Source: Camelus dromedarius
Taxonomy: Eukaryota
Direction: 5' to 3'
Assembly: GCF_036321535.1 (NCBI RefSeq)
Contig: NC_087437.1
Coordinates: forward strand, 105,464,001 to 105,528,000
Length of the DNA: 64,000 nucleotides
Part shown: piece by piece, positions 1-12,600 of the stretch
Position numbering within the stretch: the stretch's first letter is position 1
Layout: each line of letters begins with the position of its first letter
Position numbers and translations under genes: made by a program
The notes under the pieces: generated by a model
Told to the model about the DNA's origin: nothing
What the model saw: the letters and a program-made list of their open reading frames with translations, nothing else
Database searches by the model: none

Positions 1-1027
1 AGCATTAATTTTGTTGTTTATAAAATGAAAGTTATTTATTTCAGGACTTCATTCTTCCCTGGTCAAATTCTGCACTTCTTGCAGAGCACCTGAGGTTGAT
101 TTTCTGAGACCTATACGTTAAGATTTTATCTGTCTTAAGTTTTATTCTATGCTATAAATTGAATTAGTGATTACACAGAAGTTTATACTGTATTATATTA
201 CATCTAGTTATTTCCTTTCACATTCAGAAACTAAAAAAATTACTTTTTAGAAGGGAGAGGCTGACATATGCATTTTTGCTACATATGCAAACCCTAGATT
301 TTAACACATATATGCATCTTTGCTGTTACCCACTTTCTTTTTCTGAACTTCTATTAATTTTACCACTGAAACATTGTTGTGCCTACATTTTCTATCACTA
401 CAAATATTAGTTTTTTGCTGGTAAGCTACTGAAGAACAGAATGATATTTGAGTGTATACATCAGAGATAACTTTAATTCACTGGCTCACTGAATTTGAAA
501 TAGTCTCAGGTATGTATCTCAATGTTCTTCATATTTGAAGGAATGTTTCCTTAAACATGAAACAAGCTGTGTTGTGGCAGCCAAGGTCTACGCTTCTGGG
601 AAGCCTCACCACTGTCAATCTCCCACAGCTTTCTGCATGGAATGGTGCTTCTGCTCTTGATTTAGACCCACAGGACATTTTCTGTTGGATCTGCAATCTG
701 GGTAACACGAATCAGATGAATGGGTAATACTCTTAGGATCTACTAGCTAAACTTCCCTCAAACAATACAATACAATACAAACAATAAACCATTTGATTAA
801 AGATGCTGTTTTTTGAGTATAAAAAGCTTCTTGTCAAAACAACAAAATACAGAATATAACTTTAATCATTGAAAATCAATAATAGAGAATATGAACTGTC
901 ATACATTTAGCAAAACTTCTAGAAAGGCAGAATGATGGGTGTGTTTGGTTCTTGCAAATTAAACTAAAATTTTAAACAACTTTTATCAAAATAAAATTTT
1001 CTTTTTCTGCTTCAAGTAGATACTTTT

Positions 1028-2155
1028 TTTTCTTTTAATTATTATTGTTTATTGAAGTGTAGTCAATTTACAATGTTAGTTTCAGGTGTACAGCAAAATG
1101 ATTCAGTTATACGTATATCTTTTTTCAGTTTCTTTTCCATTATGGCTTATTACAAGAAACTGAACATAGTTCCCTGTGCGATACAGTAGGTCTTTGTTTT
1201 TTATCTATTTTATATATAGTAATGTATATCTGTTAATCCCAAACTCCTAATTTATCCCTCTCACCCACCTTTCTGCCCTGGTAACCACAGTTTGCTTTTT
1301 ATGTCCATGAATCTATTTCTGTTTTGTAAATAAAATTTATATCTTTTTTTTCTAGATTCCACATATAAGTGAGATCATATTATATTTGTCTTTCTCTGTC
1401 TGACTTCTTTCACTTAATATGGCAATCTCTAGGTCTGTCCATGTTACTGCAGAAGGCTTTTGTTCATTCTTTTAATGGCTGAATAACATTCTGTTGTATA
1501 CATATCCACATCTTCTTTATTCATTCTTCTGTTGATAGATATTGAGTTTGCTTCCATTTCTTGGCTATTGCAAACAGTGTTGCATATATCTTTTTGAATT
1601 ACAGTTTTTCCCTGGATATTTGTCCAAGAGTGGGATTGCTGGATCATATGGTATGGCATTTCCATACAAATTTTAACATTTTTTTGTTCCAGTTCTGGAA
1701 AAATGTCATCGGTAATTTGATAGGGGTTGCACTGGATCTGTATATTGCCTTGGGTAGTATGGCCATTTTAACAATATTGATTCTTCCAATCCAAGAACAC
1801 GGTATATCCTTCCATCTACTATGTCATCTTCAATTTCTTTCATCAGTGTCTTATAGTCTTCAGAGTACAGGTCCTTTACCTCCCTGGGTAGGTTTATTCC
1901 TAGCTATTTTACTTTTTTTGGTGTGATGGTAAATGGTGTTGTTTGCTTAATTCCTTTTTCTGCTATTTCATTGTTGTAGTGTATAGACATGCCACTGATT
2001 TCTGTATTTTAATTTTGTATCTTGCAACTTTAGCAGATTCATTGATGAGTTCTAGTAGTTTTCTGTTGGCATCTTTAGGATTTTCTATGTATAGTATCAT
2101 GTCATCTGGAAACAGTGACAGTTTTATTTCTTCTTTTCCAATTTGGATCCCTTTT
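1028..2155 (-). mobile_element. 5'-truncated LINE-1 (3' UTR plus ORF2 RT-region piece) with an internal deletion at ~1653
   Basis: Poly-T tail at ~1024-1035 and L1 3' UTR motifs (ttagattccacatataagtgag; gggattgctggatcatatggta). ORF2 motif ctgtatattgccttgggtagtatggccattttaacaatattgattcttcc. 13-bp TSD AGTAGATACTTTT at 1015-1027 and 2156-2168, followed by AA (TTTT/AA endonuclease site). Confidence 0.92.
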
Positions 2156-2280
2156 AGTAGATACTTTTAATGTTTCCTAATAAACATTTAGGTGTTTGCT
2201 CAATGTGTTGTCACACTACCTTCTCCTAAATCTGATCTTTTTCATAGAACATTAAAATTTGTCATTTTGTTTATTTTAAA

Positions 2281-2500
2281 TTTTTTTTTATTGCGTTATA
2301 GTCATTTTACAATGTTGTGTCAAATTCCAGTGTAGAGAACAGTTTTTCAGTTATACATGAACATACATACATTCATCGTCACATTGTCTTTTGCTGTGAG
2401 CCACCACAAGATCCTCTATATATTTCCCTGTACTACACAGTACAATCTTGTTTATCTGTTCTGCATTTTGAACTCCCAGTCTGTTCCTTCCCACCCCCCA
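2281..2500 (-). mobile_element. Young LINE-1 3'-end fragment (camelid-type tail)
   Basis: Poly-T followed by attgcgttatagtcattttacaatgttgtgtcaaattccagtgtagag. Reverse-complement similar to the copy at 30413-30608. Confidence 0.85.
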
Positions 2501-3019
2501 TCATTTCTTTGTCCCTTTGAGATGAATATCTTTTTAAAAGTCTCTTTCCAGTCTTACAACCCAGGACTGTCTTTCTCAAGGACCTGGGAGCCATCCCTTT
2601 TAAATGTAATCAAGGAAGAAAAATCCCCTATGTGCCATTCCCCATGGGAGGGTAGGAGCCAACTTCAACTTAATTTGGAGTAAAACCACTTCTGATGATG
2701 AAGATAGGAGGAAGTTTACTTTTCCTTTGAGTCAAGCCAATTAGCAAGCCCAGATGGCCCAATCACAGAGAAAAACATTTGCAAACTTAGGAATCAGTTA
2801 ATGTGGCAGATGCATCCCATTGATCAGCCTCCCACCTGATGTCCTCCAGTTCTTTCCCACTAGCTCACTCCAGCATTTAGAATCCCGCTGCCTTTTGTGT
2901 CTGTGAAACTGATTACGCAGACTTTGTGTTCTCTCCCCTATTGCTGGCAGTGGGATGGGGATAACATTAACTTCTGTTTGCTCATCTTGTTCTGTGTGAT
3001 ATTTTTTTCCTTTTTAGCA
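2501..3019 (+). mobile_element. Partial ERV LTR (ancient eutherian, ERV1-like), 5' end not resolved
   Basis: LTR-type motifs ctcaaggacctgggagccatcccttttaaatgtaatc and gggagggtaggagcc. Ends in ...ttagca with a U5-like T-rich tail. Family not assigned. Confidence 0.65.
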
Positions 3020-3289
3020 TGTTCATATAAGATTTTTCTAACTTTAAGCTCTAAAGAAATGTTGTAGATTATTCATCTTACTGATAATTTCTGATTTGAG
3101 ATATTTCTTATTTTATATCTGTTATGACTACATCCTAGTAATGTGAGTGCTCTATGAATATGAGACTTTTTTGGGTAAATTTTGTGTATTTAAGTTATTT
3201 TTAGACTTCTTGATCATGTAGATCATCTGTTTTTTCTACCACAAAATTTCCCATTTTTACTAATATATACTTTAATATACTTTGGACTC

Positions 3290-3425
3290 TTGTTACTCAA
3301 AGTAAGTTTGTGCCCAAAATGCAAATAGAAATTTGTCAGAAATGCAGAATTTCAGACCCATCCTAGAGCTAATGATTCAGAATATGCATTTTATTCAATG
3401 CTCATTGAGACTTGAGCAGCTTCCT
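3290..3425. mobile_element. MER5A-like hAT-Charlie DNA transposon remnant
   Basis: ttgtcagaaatgcagaatttcagacccatcctagagctaatgattcagaatatgcatttta matches the recalled MER5A core. Confidence 0.7.
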
Positions 3426-3577
3426 TCTCTTTTATTGAAGTAGGTCTACTGATCCCATTCAATATTTAGAGATGGAGAATTTTTCCCTCTGATTAATAGC
3501 AACATTTAAAATATATAGTGTCAGGAAAATTTAAAGAAAATGGATGTTCTGTTCTCATTATGGATAGAAAGTAAAAT

Positions 3578-3912
3578 AGACTATAGATGAGGGTTTATTT
3601 CTGGGGTCTTAATCCTATTTATTACATTGATCAACAATGCTATCCATATGACAGTACCACACTTTCTTGATTATTGTAGTTTTGTTGCAAGCTTTGAAAT
3701 TGCAAAGTATGAGTCCTCTGGCTTTTTTCTTTTCCAGGATTGTTTCAGTCTTTGCATTTCCATATGAATTTCAGGATCAAGTTGTACAAAGACAGTTGAG
3801 GCTTTGCTAAGGATTAAATTGAATCTGAGATCAAGTTTTTAAGTTTGATTCTGTTCTGTATGTAGATTCATTTGTATTATCTTTTAGATTCCACATATAA
3901 GTAATATAATAG
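3578..3912 (-). mobile_element. Old LINE-1 ORF2 fragment followed by a short L1 3' UTR piece
   Basis: cagtaccacactttcttgattattgtagttttg and ccatatgaatttcaggatca (antisense ORF2), then ttagattccacatataagt. Confidence 0.75.
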
Positions 3913-4399
3913 CATAGCATAATATGTGCCTTTATGCTGAAAAAAGACTTCTAGCCTAGTCTGTGGCACAGATTGATAAGCAAGACGCATACATATAAGC
4001 AATTGTGCTTTCTAGAAGGTGAGTTGAGGGTAAATTGATTCTTTATAAAAGTGGCCTGATATCTGGAACTAAGAAAAGTCCAGGAGAGGGAAATAACCTT
4101 TTTTATGCATAACTGCTCTAAGAATAGCATTATTGTATAGAGAAACTCTTTGTTCATTTATCTGGATATCAGTTTCTTAGTACTCAAGAGATGTCAGCTA
4201 AATCAAACCCTTTGTGTGTGGCGATTATTCTAAAACATAAAAAAGAATACTTTCCAACATGTAAACACTATTACTAGCATTTTCCTTTCTAAATCCTTTT
4301 GATATTTTTCAAGTACCCCAAGCATATAACAATTCCTGATGTAATATACAGTCTTGAATAACCTTATGTATGCTCACTGTCCCTCTGGGTTTGCTAAGC

Positions 4400-4910
4400 C
4401 ACAGCCTCACAGATCCCTAGCACTCTGGAATTGGTCTGTTGGTTACTACCTCAGTATTCTGAATACTGCTCTCGTAGACTAGAAATATCCCTTCACTACC
4501 TTGTCCATTTAAACGACCCCTCTTCATTCTTCCGGTTGCATTATAAATAACTGGTTTAATGCCATGCCCTTAGGGAAGCTTTGTCTGAGGTCTTGGGCCA
4601 GTTTGGTCTCCCTGATGTACATACACATCACACCTTTTTCTTTTAAAGCAATTTCACAATTACTTTGTGTATGAATAAGATGAGATTAAAAAAAACAAAT
4701 TATTTCTGGGGTTAAATAAGACTAAAAAAAATGCAGGATAAGCATGATTTGGAGGATTATTGAACTTATATTTTTCTACCCCTTCCAATCCATAAGGTCG
4801 GAAAACACAAAGACAATGTTTCCTTGACCCCTGGTGTAGCTCTCACTTCCACGCCAGTCCTTATACGTCGTTGTCTTTAATTGACTACTTACTGTATGAG
4901 GGAATGTTAG
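4400..4910 (+). mobile_element. Degenerate L2 fragments
   Basis: cccctcttcattcttcc...tagggaagctttgtctga plus a 3'-end-like block near 4790-4905. Highly diverged. Confidence 0.45.
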
Positions 4911-7207
4911 AAATGGATATGGGGTCATAAACTCCTGGTTTCTAACTTGTTAAGCACAAATAAGAGGTTGACAATTGAGAGAAACTTACTTAATTGACAC
5001 ACATACAGTTTCTTGCAAATTAATTACTCTATTTTTTAGCTCTAAATTAAAATAATTTAATTTTACAGTTAATTACAGCTTTTTAAAAACCTATTATTTT
5101 CAATATTGAAACAAGTATGAATCTGTGAGCTAAGAACTACATGGCAGTCATCAATAACATATCTAAATACATTATCTCATTGAATAAAAAATGAAAATAA
5201 AACTGATGTTAAAGCATATTTTAAGAAGTCAGAATTTTGTAGGTATCTGCTTTTAAAGGGGGTATTTACAGTAATTTAACATTGGCATTTATGCAGACAA
5301 CTAAGCTTGTTATCAGACAGGGAAATAATGTCTTTGATTTGTTAAAATATTATTAAATTTGAGGATGATAAATATGTGTGGAATATCTTGATTAATTTAT
5401 GTGATTAATGCAATAAACGTTTATGGCCTTTTATGCAGTTAAATTATATGTTCAGAAACAATTGACCTATAACACAATCAACATAAATTATACTATGCAA
5501 TTCAAATATATGATTAAACACCATAACTTAAGTACCTTAAGGTTTATTCACCCATTATTTTATAGCCAAGTCTCTGACTAGGGAGCACTTCATTTCAACA
5601 GCTAAAATATAGCAGCGATCATAAGTCAGATGGTTATCAGACAGACGTCTGCTCAGTTGTTCCCAGAGGAAAGTTCATTTATCTCTCATTTTGCTCTAGT
5701 TCACACACAGAGGAATTAACCAATCTGCTGCACACATTAGTTATAGAATCTTGGAAGCCCCAGAGAGAGACAGAACCAGATATGAAACCAGGGACAGACA
5801 TGCCTTCATTATCATTCACAACCAGTGCTTCTATATTACTTCAATAACTGGGAAGGCTAGTGAACATGTATTCTTTCCTGAATGAATGTTTACAAAGAAC
5901 AGAATAATGTCTGTCTTTTATTATATTGGGAAAATAATATTTTTAATAGTAAATTTAATTACCTTCCTGCATCTTCTTTTTTTGTGTTTGGATTTTAAAA
6001 AAAAAAAATTGCTGTTGTAAGGTGATGGTGTTTTGAGCATAGGTAAAGATTGTAAAATTACCTCTGAAACTAAAGTATTTTAAACTTATAAAGGGACATT
6101 AACATGGTACCCATATATGATATAAGCCTTAAGGTTGTACTTACATAAACACCACTTCTGATTGTCATCCTGAGTTTAACTGATATTACAGATTTATATC
6201 TCTGACCTGAAAATAGTTCTACAGTTCTGACATTTAATTTTGTTTCCTTTTTATAAATGTCTTCAAAAAAGGAGAATCTTTAGTTGTTATCTAACATTTG
6301 TCTTAGTTAGACTTTAAGAGAAGTACACAAATTGATTAAATTTTTGCTATGGAGTTCTCATTAACACAAATTTTCAATGAAATTCTAATAACCACATTTA
6401 TATAAAATAAATTTTTCATTTTTTGTGTGAAATCAATTTGTATACTAGTTCTACACTTACATAGAGAAATTAAGTTGGAAACTTCTACAAATTAATCAAG
6501 CTATTTAGAGAAAACTTTCTACTAAAAAAAGAGATGTGCTTTTGCCTTTTTGTATTATATTTTAAAAGCTCACCTTAATCAATATGTGACTTTCAGGTTC
6601 TTAAATATACAATTGATCCCACCTAAAATGATACATGGAGACAAATTACATATGTGTAGTGTACATATATACTTATATGTGCATATATATGCATTCATGT
6701 TAATATGTGCATATAGACCTGATAGGTATATATACTCAGATATATGTTATGGTCTTGTCATTACATTTGAATTAATTTTTATGTATAATTCTGTTCTACT
6801 TCCAGTTCTGAGCACTTTTAGGTCTGAACAAATTAACACAGACAATGTCAATATATTTTTTAATGTGCAATTATAAGTCCTTTTAAATTCATAAGTTCCA
6901 TGCTCTTTTTTTATTGCAGAGCTTCCAGGATGCCAGAAATGTTATTAATTAAATCAATCCAAAATAGAAACAGAGAACATATAGAAGAATACGATTAAGT
7001 CACAGTGACAGGACGTTACTGATAGAAAACAATAAGGAGAAATCTGAGTAACTCTTGATACATTAAAAAAAAAAAAAGGAATACAGCTTCTCTCTTGATC
7101 TTCAGAAAAAAAGATCCCGTGTTTACAATTGAAAAGGAGGTGTTTTTAACAAATGACAAGTGTGGACAGTGTTTGATCATCATAATTGTAGATTTGGTGA
7201 AGGGAAA

Positions 7208-7690
7208 TGTCTTGATTTTTCTATGGCTGCTACAACTAATTGCCACAAACTTGATGGGTTAAAACAACAGAAATTCATTTTTTTCATAGTTGTGGAGTCT
7301 AGAGGTCTGAAATTAGTATCATTGGGAGAAAACTAGGGTATCAAGAAAACTGCACTACTTCTGTAGGCTCTAGGGAACAAATCCATTCCTTGCCTCTTCC
7401 AATTTCTGCTGCTGCTGGCACTCTGTGGCTTGTAACCACATCACCCCAGTATCTACCTCTGTGCTCACCATAATGGAAGCATTATGCCAAATTTCCTTTT
7501 ACCTCCCTTTTATAAAGATACATGTGATTGCATTTAGGACACACCTTGATAATCTAGAATATTCTATCAGTCTCAAAAGCAATAATTTAGCCACATCTGC
7601 AAAATCCCTTTTGCCATATAAAATAACAGTCACAGATCCCAGGGATGGGATGCAGATATCTTTGGGGAGGTCATTATTTGGCCAACCAAG
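7208..7690 (-). mobile_element. MaLR solo LTR (MLT1C/D-like)
   Basis: ggctgctacaactaattgccacaaactt...aaaacaacagaaatt; cacatctgcaaaatcccttttgccat; gatatctttggggaggtcattatt. Confidence 0.85.
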
Positions 7691-8308
7691 GACAAGTGGA
7701 GTGAATCGTTTCCCTTTCCATTATGTACAACTCAAAGTGAACAATATTGGCAAGTGTCAATCCTGTTGAAAGGCAAAGAGAAAGGTCATTTTTCTCTCAT
7801 TTTACATAAATTGATCATTTAGATGGAAATATTTACATCTACAAAAAATGGAATTTGTAGAAAAATTATGTTGAGGAATTAACTTCCTTGACACGTTGTC
7901 GCAAATTGAGTATCATTGCATATGTTTTTTTTTTAGTCTACTGCTGTGGTACTGCATGGGCGAATATATTAATATATTTTACTAATTTTAAAACTGTTTA
8001 TTGTACATTAAATGTGTGAAGTGTCAAGCCCAGTGATTTGGAGAACTTACAATAACACTGGTTGATTCACAAATGCTGGTCAATTTCTATCTCATACATA
8101 CTCAAGTTCAGGGAAAAAAAAGAGCACACTGATATGATTACAAATGTGCTGCGTATTTTTCTTTTAAAATAATATATATGTAAATACATATGTAAATGTA
8201 AAGAAGCTATGTTTCTATCATTTATCTTGAATTTGGTTAAGAATTACACTTCATTTTAAATATTTTCCTATTAACAACTGCCTGAGAATTCTCCTAGAGG
8301 GAAAAAAA

Positions 8309-8372
8309 ATATATACACACACACACATATATATATATACACACACACACACAAACACACACATATGTATAT
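8309..8372. repeat. Compound (TA)n/(CA)n microsatellite
   Basis: atatatacacacacacacatatatatatatacacacacacacacaaacacacacatatg. Confidence 0.9.
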
Positions 8373-9641
8373 AATGTTTATTTACTTCTTGGTAAGCTTT
8401 GAGCTAAGGAAAAAAACTGATATAATAGTGCTTTTGATTTGGAATCCTCATTGAAAATGAACACTAAATCAACTATTTCCAAAGATAAAACGGTTAATGG
8501 CATGTGTTTCCTTATTGTGGCATCATAGCTCTATTTTCTTTCTTGAAATAACTATGGTTTTTCTCAGTTTGGATCTACAAATTTATAGTTAAAAGGAGAA
8601 TGTAATATTTTTACAATAACCTCATGTTAGAAATTCCGGATCAGAAACCTTACTCAGAATGTGTCACGTAGTTTTCTTTCATATAATAGACACACACTTC
8701 TTATTTTCTCAGTTAAATACCACCATGATCTCAATCTAAAAATACTTAATGAGAGAGCACAAACAATTCACTTTTGACAAGTGCTACAGAGTTGATTTCA
8801 GTACTTCCAGAGTAGAAAAGAGACAAATTTTTAATCCAACTTCTCTTTAGTTTTGAGTTAGAAAAGTCACTCCAAATCATGTGAGTGGGCATTTTTTGAA
8901 TTAAATATGTCAGGTGATTAGAAAGCAGAAAGCTTGTATATTTGAAAAATGAACCTTGACAGGGCATCCCTTACAGAGGTCAGTCTATTCTGCTTAACAT
9001 AGATGTTAGTATACAGAACCAAAAAGGAGAAGAATTATTCCTTAAAAATTTGAGGGAATATCAAAATAGAAGCCTTTCAATGTACAGTTTATTAAGAATT
9101 AGTATATTGATTTCTGACTTCAACAGATGTCTTAAAGGTGTTTATAATTTTCTAATTGTAAAAATAATAAGATCTCATTATTTAACATTTGACAATATTT
9201 ATTTTGCACCTTCTGTATACCGGGTACTGTAATAGGTCCTGAAGATTCACTGTTATGAACAAAATTTCTGCTCTGTTAAAGATATAGTACACTGAGAAAA
9301 GAAGAAAAAAAAGATAAATAAAATATATAAAGTGCCAGATAGTGGTAATTTTAATCAGCTTTAATCAGTTTAAATTTTTCCATACAATTTTTGGTATTCT
9401 TGTCCTGAGGCACATTCACTAATTTGAACATGCACAGGGAACAAAGTTATAATTCTCCATTTTACATGTTTTTATTAATCTTATGGACAAAATGCATTGC
9501 AGTTGTAAAATTTCAAATTTTCTTCTCCAATCCAAGAGTATTTTATTGTTATAACTTAAAATAATGTACAAAATGCATGAAATAAAATTTAATTATATTG
9601 CTAGACAATATCCCATAGTAGTATGTGCAATGTAGAAAAAT

Positions 9642-9655
9642 GTTACCATGGCAAC
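9642..9655. promoter_or_regulatory. Perfect RFX X-box (GTTACCATGGCAAC)
   Basis: Exact match to the full RFX consensus GTTRCCATGGYAAC, in sequence with no recognisable repeat. Occupancy is not demonstrated. Confidence 0.55.
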
Positions 9656-10679
9656 CATGTGTTTGTGAAGTCAAAGAAATCATTTCTGCTCTAATACAAC
9701 ATGAAATCTAGACCTTACTTAGAAGAGTCCCAAGAAGCCATACTTTGTGCAACTCATTTTTCAATTTATCCCATATTCTAGTGATGACATACATAAAAAT
9801 AGTACCATTTCTTCTGAGTTGATAGAATATATTGCAATACTAATTCTTTAAGAAAGAAGCCAAAGGTATAAATAAGTAAACATACTAGAAACAGTATGTC
9901 AAAGAAAAAATACGTTATTCAGAGAAGAAATGATTTTATTTAAAAAAAAAAATCTCTTTCTTGAACATTTTTTCTAGCATAGCCATAGACAATAGGTTAA
10001 AAAAAAGTTGATCTCATGTAAGATGACTCATCTTTATATCATACAAGGGATAGCGTAATCCACATTTAAAAGTTTTAATGGAACTAAGCAAGATAGCTTG
10101 AAAACCAGTAAAATAAACTAACTTTATAAAAGTTTTGTAATCTCTATTATAGAAGTAACTGGACATTGTTAACCATTTGTGAAAATGAATTATTAAGGTC
10201 CTTGTTATAGTCTGTGTGTATGTATGTATGTGTGTATATGTATATATATGTAGTGTTTTTCTCTTTAACTTACAAATCAATAAAACTGCCTTAATGATGT
10301 TAATGAAATAATTTGGTGACTTTCTTACGTCTCAGGAGATACTTTATTTGAAATCTTTATCACATAACTTATTTTTGGACAACAACCTTTTTGAAAGGTA
10401 CAATTGATTTTAGTTTTTTTCATTATTCTATAATGTGGTGTGATATTTTTCAGAAATTCCTTTGCATTATTAAAAATACTATGTATATAACTTTAGATGC
10501 ACAATCAGTTCCTCTGACTACTTTTGACCACAGTGGTGACTATAACAGACTGTAAACATCTAATTCTAAATTCTAATTTGGCAAGAACATGCTCAACATA
10601 TTCTAGAGATATTTTCATGTACCTCTTATTAAATTTTTATTCTATAATATATATCTTATCTTTTAATAGTTCTTGCTAT

Positions 10680-10737
10680 TTTTAATAAAATTGTATGTAT
10701 TTAACGTATACAACATGATGACTTGATATATAAATAT

Positions 10738-10776
<39 letters not shown>

Positions 10777-11210
10777 TGATTACCACAGTCAAGCTAGTTA
10801 CCGTATCATCTCCTCACATAACTACCATTTTTTTGTGTTTGATGGAAGCACCTGAAATCTATTCTCTTAATGACTTCCAGTATTCGATAAAGTATTGTTA
10901 GCTATAGTCATCATGCTGTATATTGGATCTCTAGACTTATTCATCCTATGTAACTGCAACTTTGTACTCTTTGTCCAACATCTACCCATTGCTCTCACCT
11001 CCCTGCCCCACATCCCTGGTGACCACTGTGCTACTTTTCACTTCTATGTATTCTACGTTTTCAGATTCCATGTATAAGTGAGATGATACAGTTTGTTTTC
11101 TTTCTACATCTGGCTTATTAAACTTGGCATAATGTCCTCTAGGTGCATCCTTTTGTTGCAAATGGCAGGATCATCTTCTTTTTTAAGGCTAAATAATAGT
11201 CCATTCTATC
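10680..11210 (-). mobile_element. L1MA-type LINE-1 3' end containing a (TA)n(CA)n microsatellite
   Basis: gtgaaatgattaccacagtcaagct; gctatagtcatcatgctgtatattggatctctagacttattcatcct; taaggctaaataatagtccatt. Confidence 0.88.
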
Positions 11211-12454
11211 TGTCTATCTGTCTAACTAGGTATATACTTTAAAAATATTTCTTAATATTTTAGGCATTTTAGTCAAAGGTAATAAGGGGTCTTATATCAG
11301 TATATACTTACCTATGATGGGCTTCATTCAGAAGCAACTAATACCAGAAAAAAGTTTAATTTCTAGTCTTTAGAATTTCATACCTATATATACAGAATCA
11401 GTTCTTTTCTACATATATTGCAATATATGCCCTCCCTTTAGTTTGTTTGGTGAAATTATGTCTATAAACTGGGAAACACCTGCAGAAAGATGTGAAGCCC
11501 TCTCAGTCTCATTTTATTATAGATTAAGAAGAAAATTAAACTCTGAATTAAAAAGCATAAAAAATAAAACAATATTTATTGGTCAACCCATCTAAAGCTG
11601 TAAAATGCTTTACATTTTTATAATGTATTTATCACAAAAATTGAACAAAATTGCAAATTGACTTAAAATAAGAATTATTTAACTTAAATGTTACGTATTT
11701 GGGTATCTCCTGCTGTTTGCTCTGCTCCTCATTGTCCTTTCATGGTCATGCCTGCCCCAGTACACTAACCAACAGATCAATTAGGCTATTTACTTAGAGA
11801 CATTCATCTCCTTAGACACAGACTTTACTGTCGATTTGGGCTTATGGCATAAGAATATCTAATCAATTAATAAATTAGTCTAATTAATTACAATTAGTAA
11901 GTGAGCTTTAATTTTAGATGAATTTGATACAGGAAAACTTCACTATATCACTTATTGGGGGAAAGACTATATAATTAAATTTTAAACTTGCAGGTGCTTA
12001 TCACTTGGGAGATTCATCTAGTGTAGAAAAATTTGCGGTGTGTAAAAGAAGGGTATACAGTGTACAAAATGTTCTTAGTATCTCCCAAATTTCCTACTTA
12101 AAACCTTCACTTCACCCAGATTGAATCTAGTCACTATTTTTTAAACATGGCTTTTCATTAATATAAACAATGCTCTTCCAAGTGTAATTTATGTATATAG
12201 AAATCTATATTCTGAAAATGTTTTTCTTAAAGCAAGAGCAATGTCACACCACCTATGTTTTCATCAGTGTCTACATGTTATCTAAACAGAAAAGGAGCTC
12301 AATATATGCATGAGAAATGGGACATACAACTTTCCTAGAGGAGTCATGACAATTTAACAAATCTATCTATTAATTCTTCAATTCAAAACATACTATTGTT
12401 TCAGATTTATATATTTTCTGCTAAGCATTTGGAATCTACAAATATTTAAAAAAT

Positions 12455-12600
12455 GGAATCACAGAACTTTAGGTTTAGAACTCAAATTTATTATCTGTTT
12501 TCAATATCAAAAACTGAGGTCCAGAAAGGATCAATGAGTTAAAACATACATGAAGTTTAAAATAACAACTGGAACTCTGGTATCTAATTCTTCTGGTTAG
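12455..12600 (-). mobile_element. MIR SINE relic
   Basis: aaaactgaggtccagaaagg core motif. Diverged. Confidence 0.5.

Noticed and set aside
1444..2170. ORFs of 73-121 aa (1444-1665, 1561-1926, 1943-2170)
   Set aside because: They lie wholly inside the L1 insertion and are degenerate or antisense ORF2/3' UTR readings, not host genes.
6550..6876. 108-aa ORF
   Set aside because: Non-ATG start and runs through TA/TG low-complexity sequence, which explains its Y/I/H/C-rich composition.
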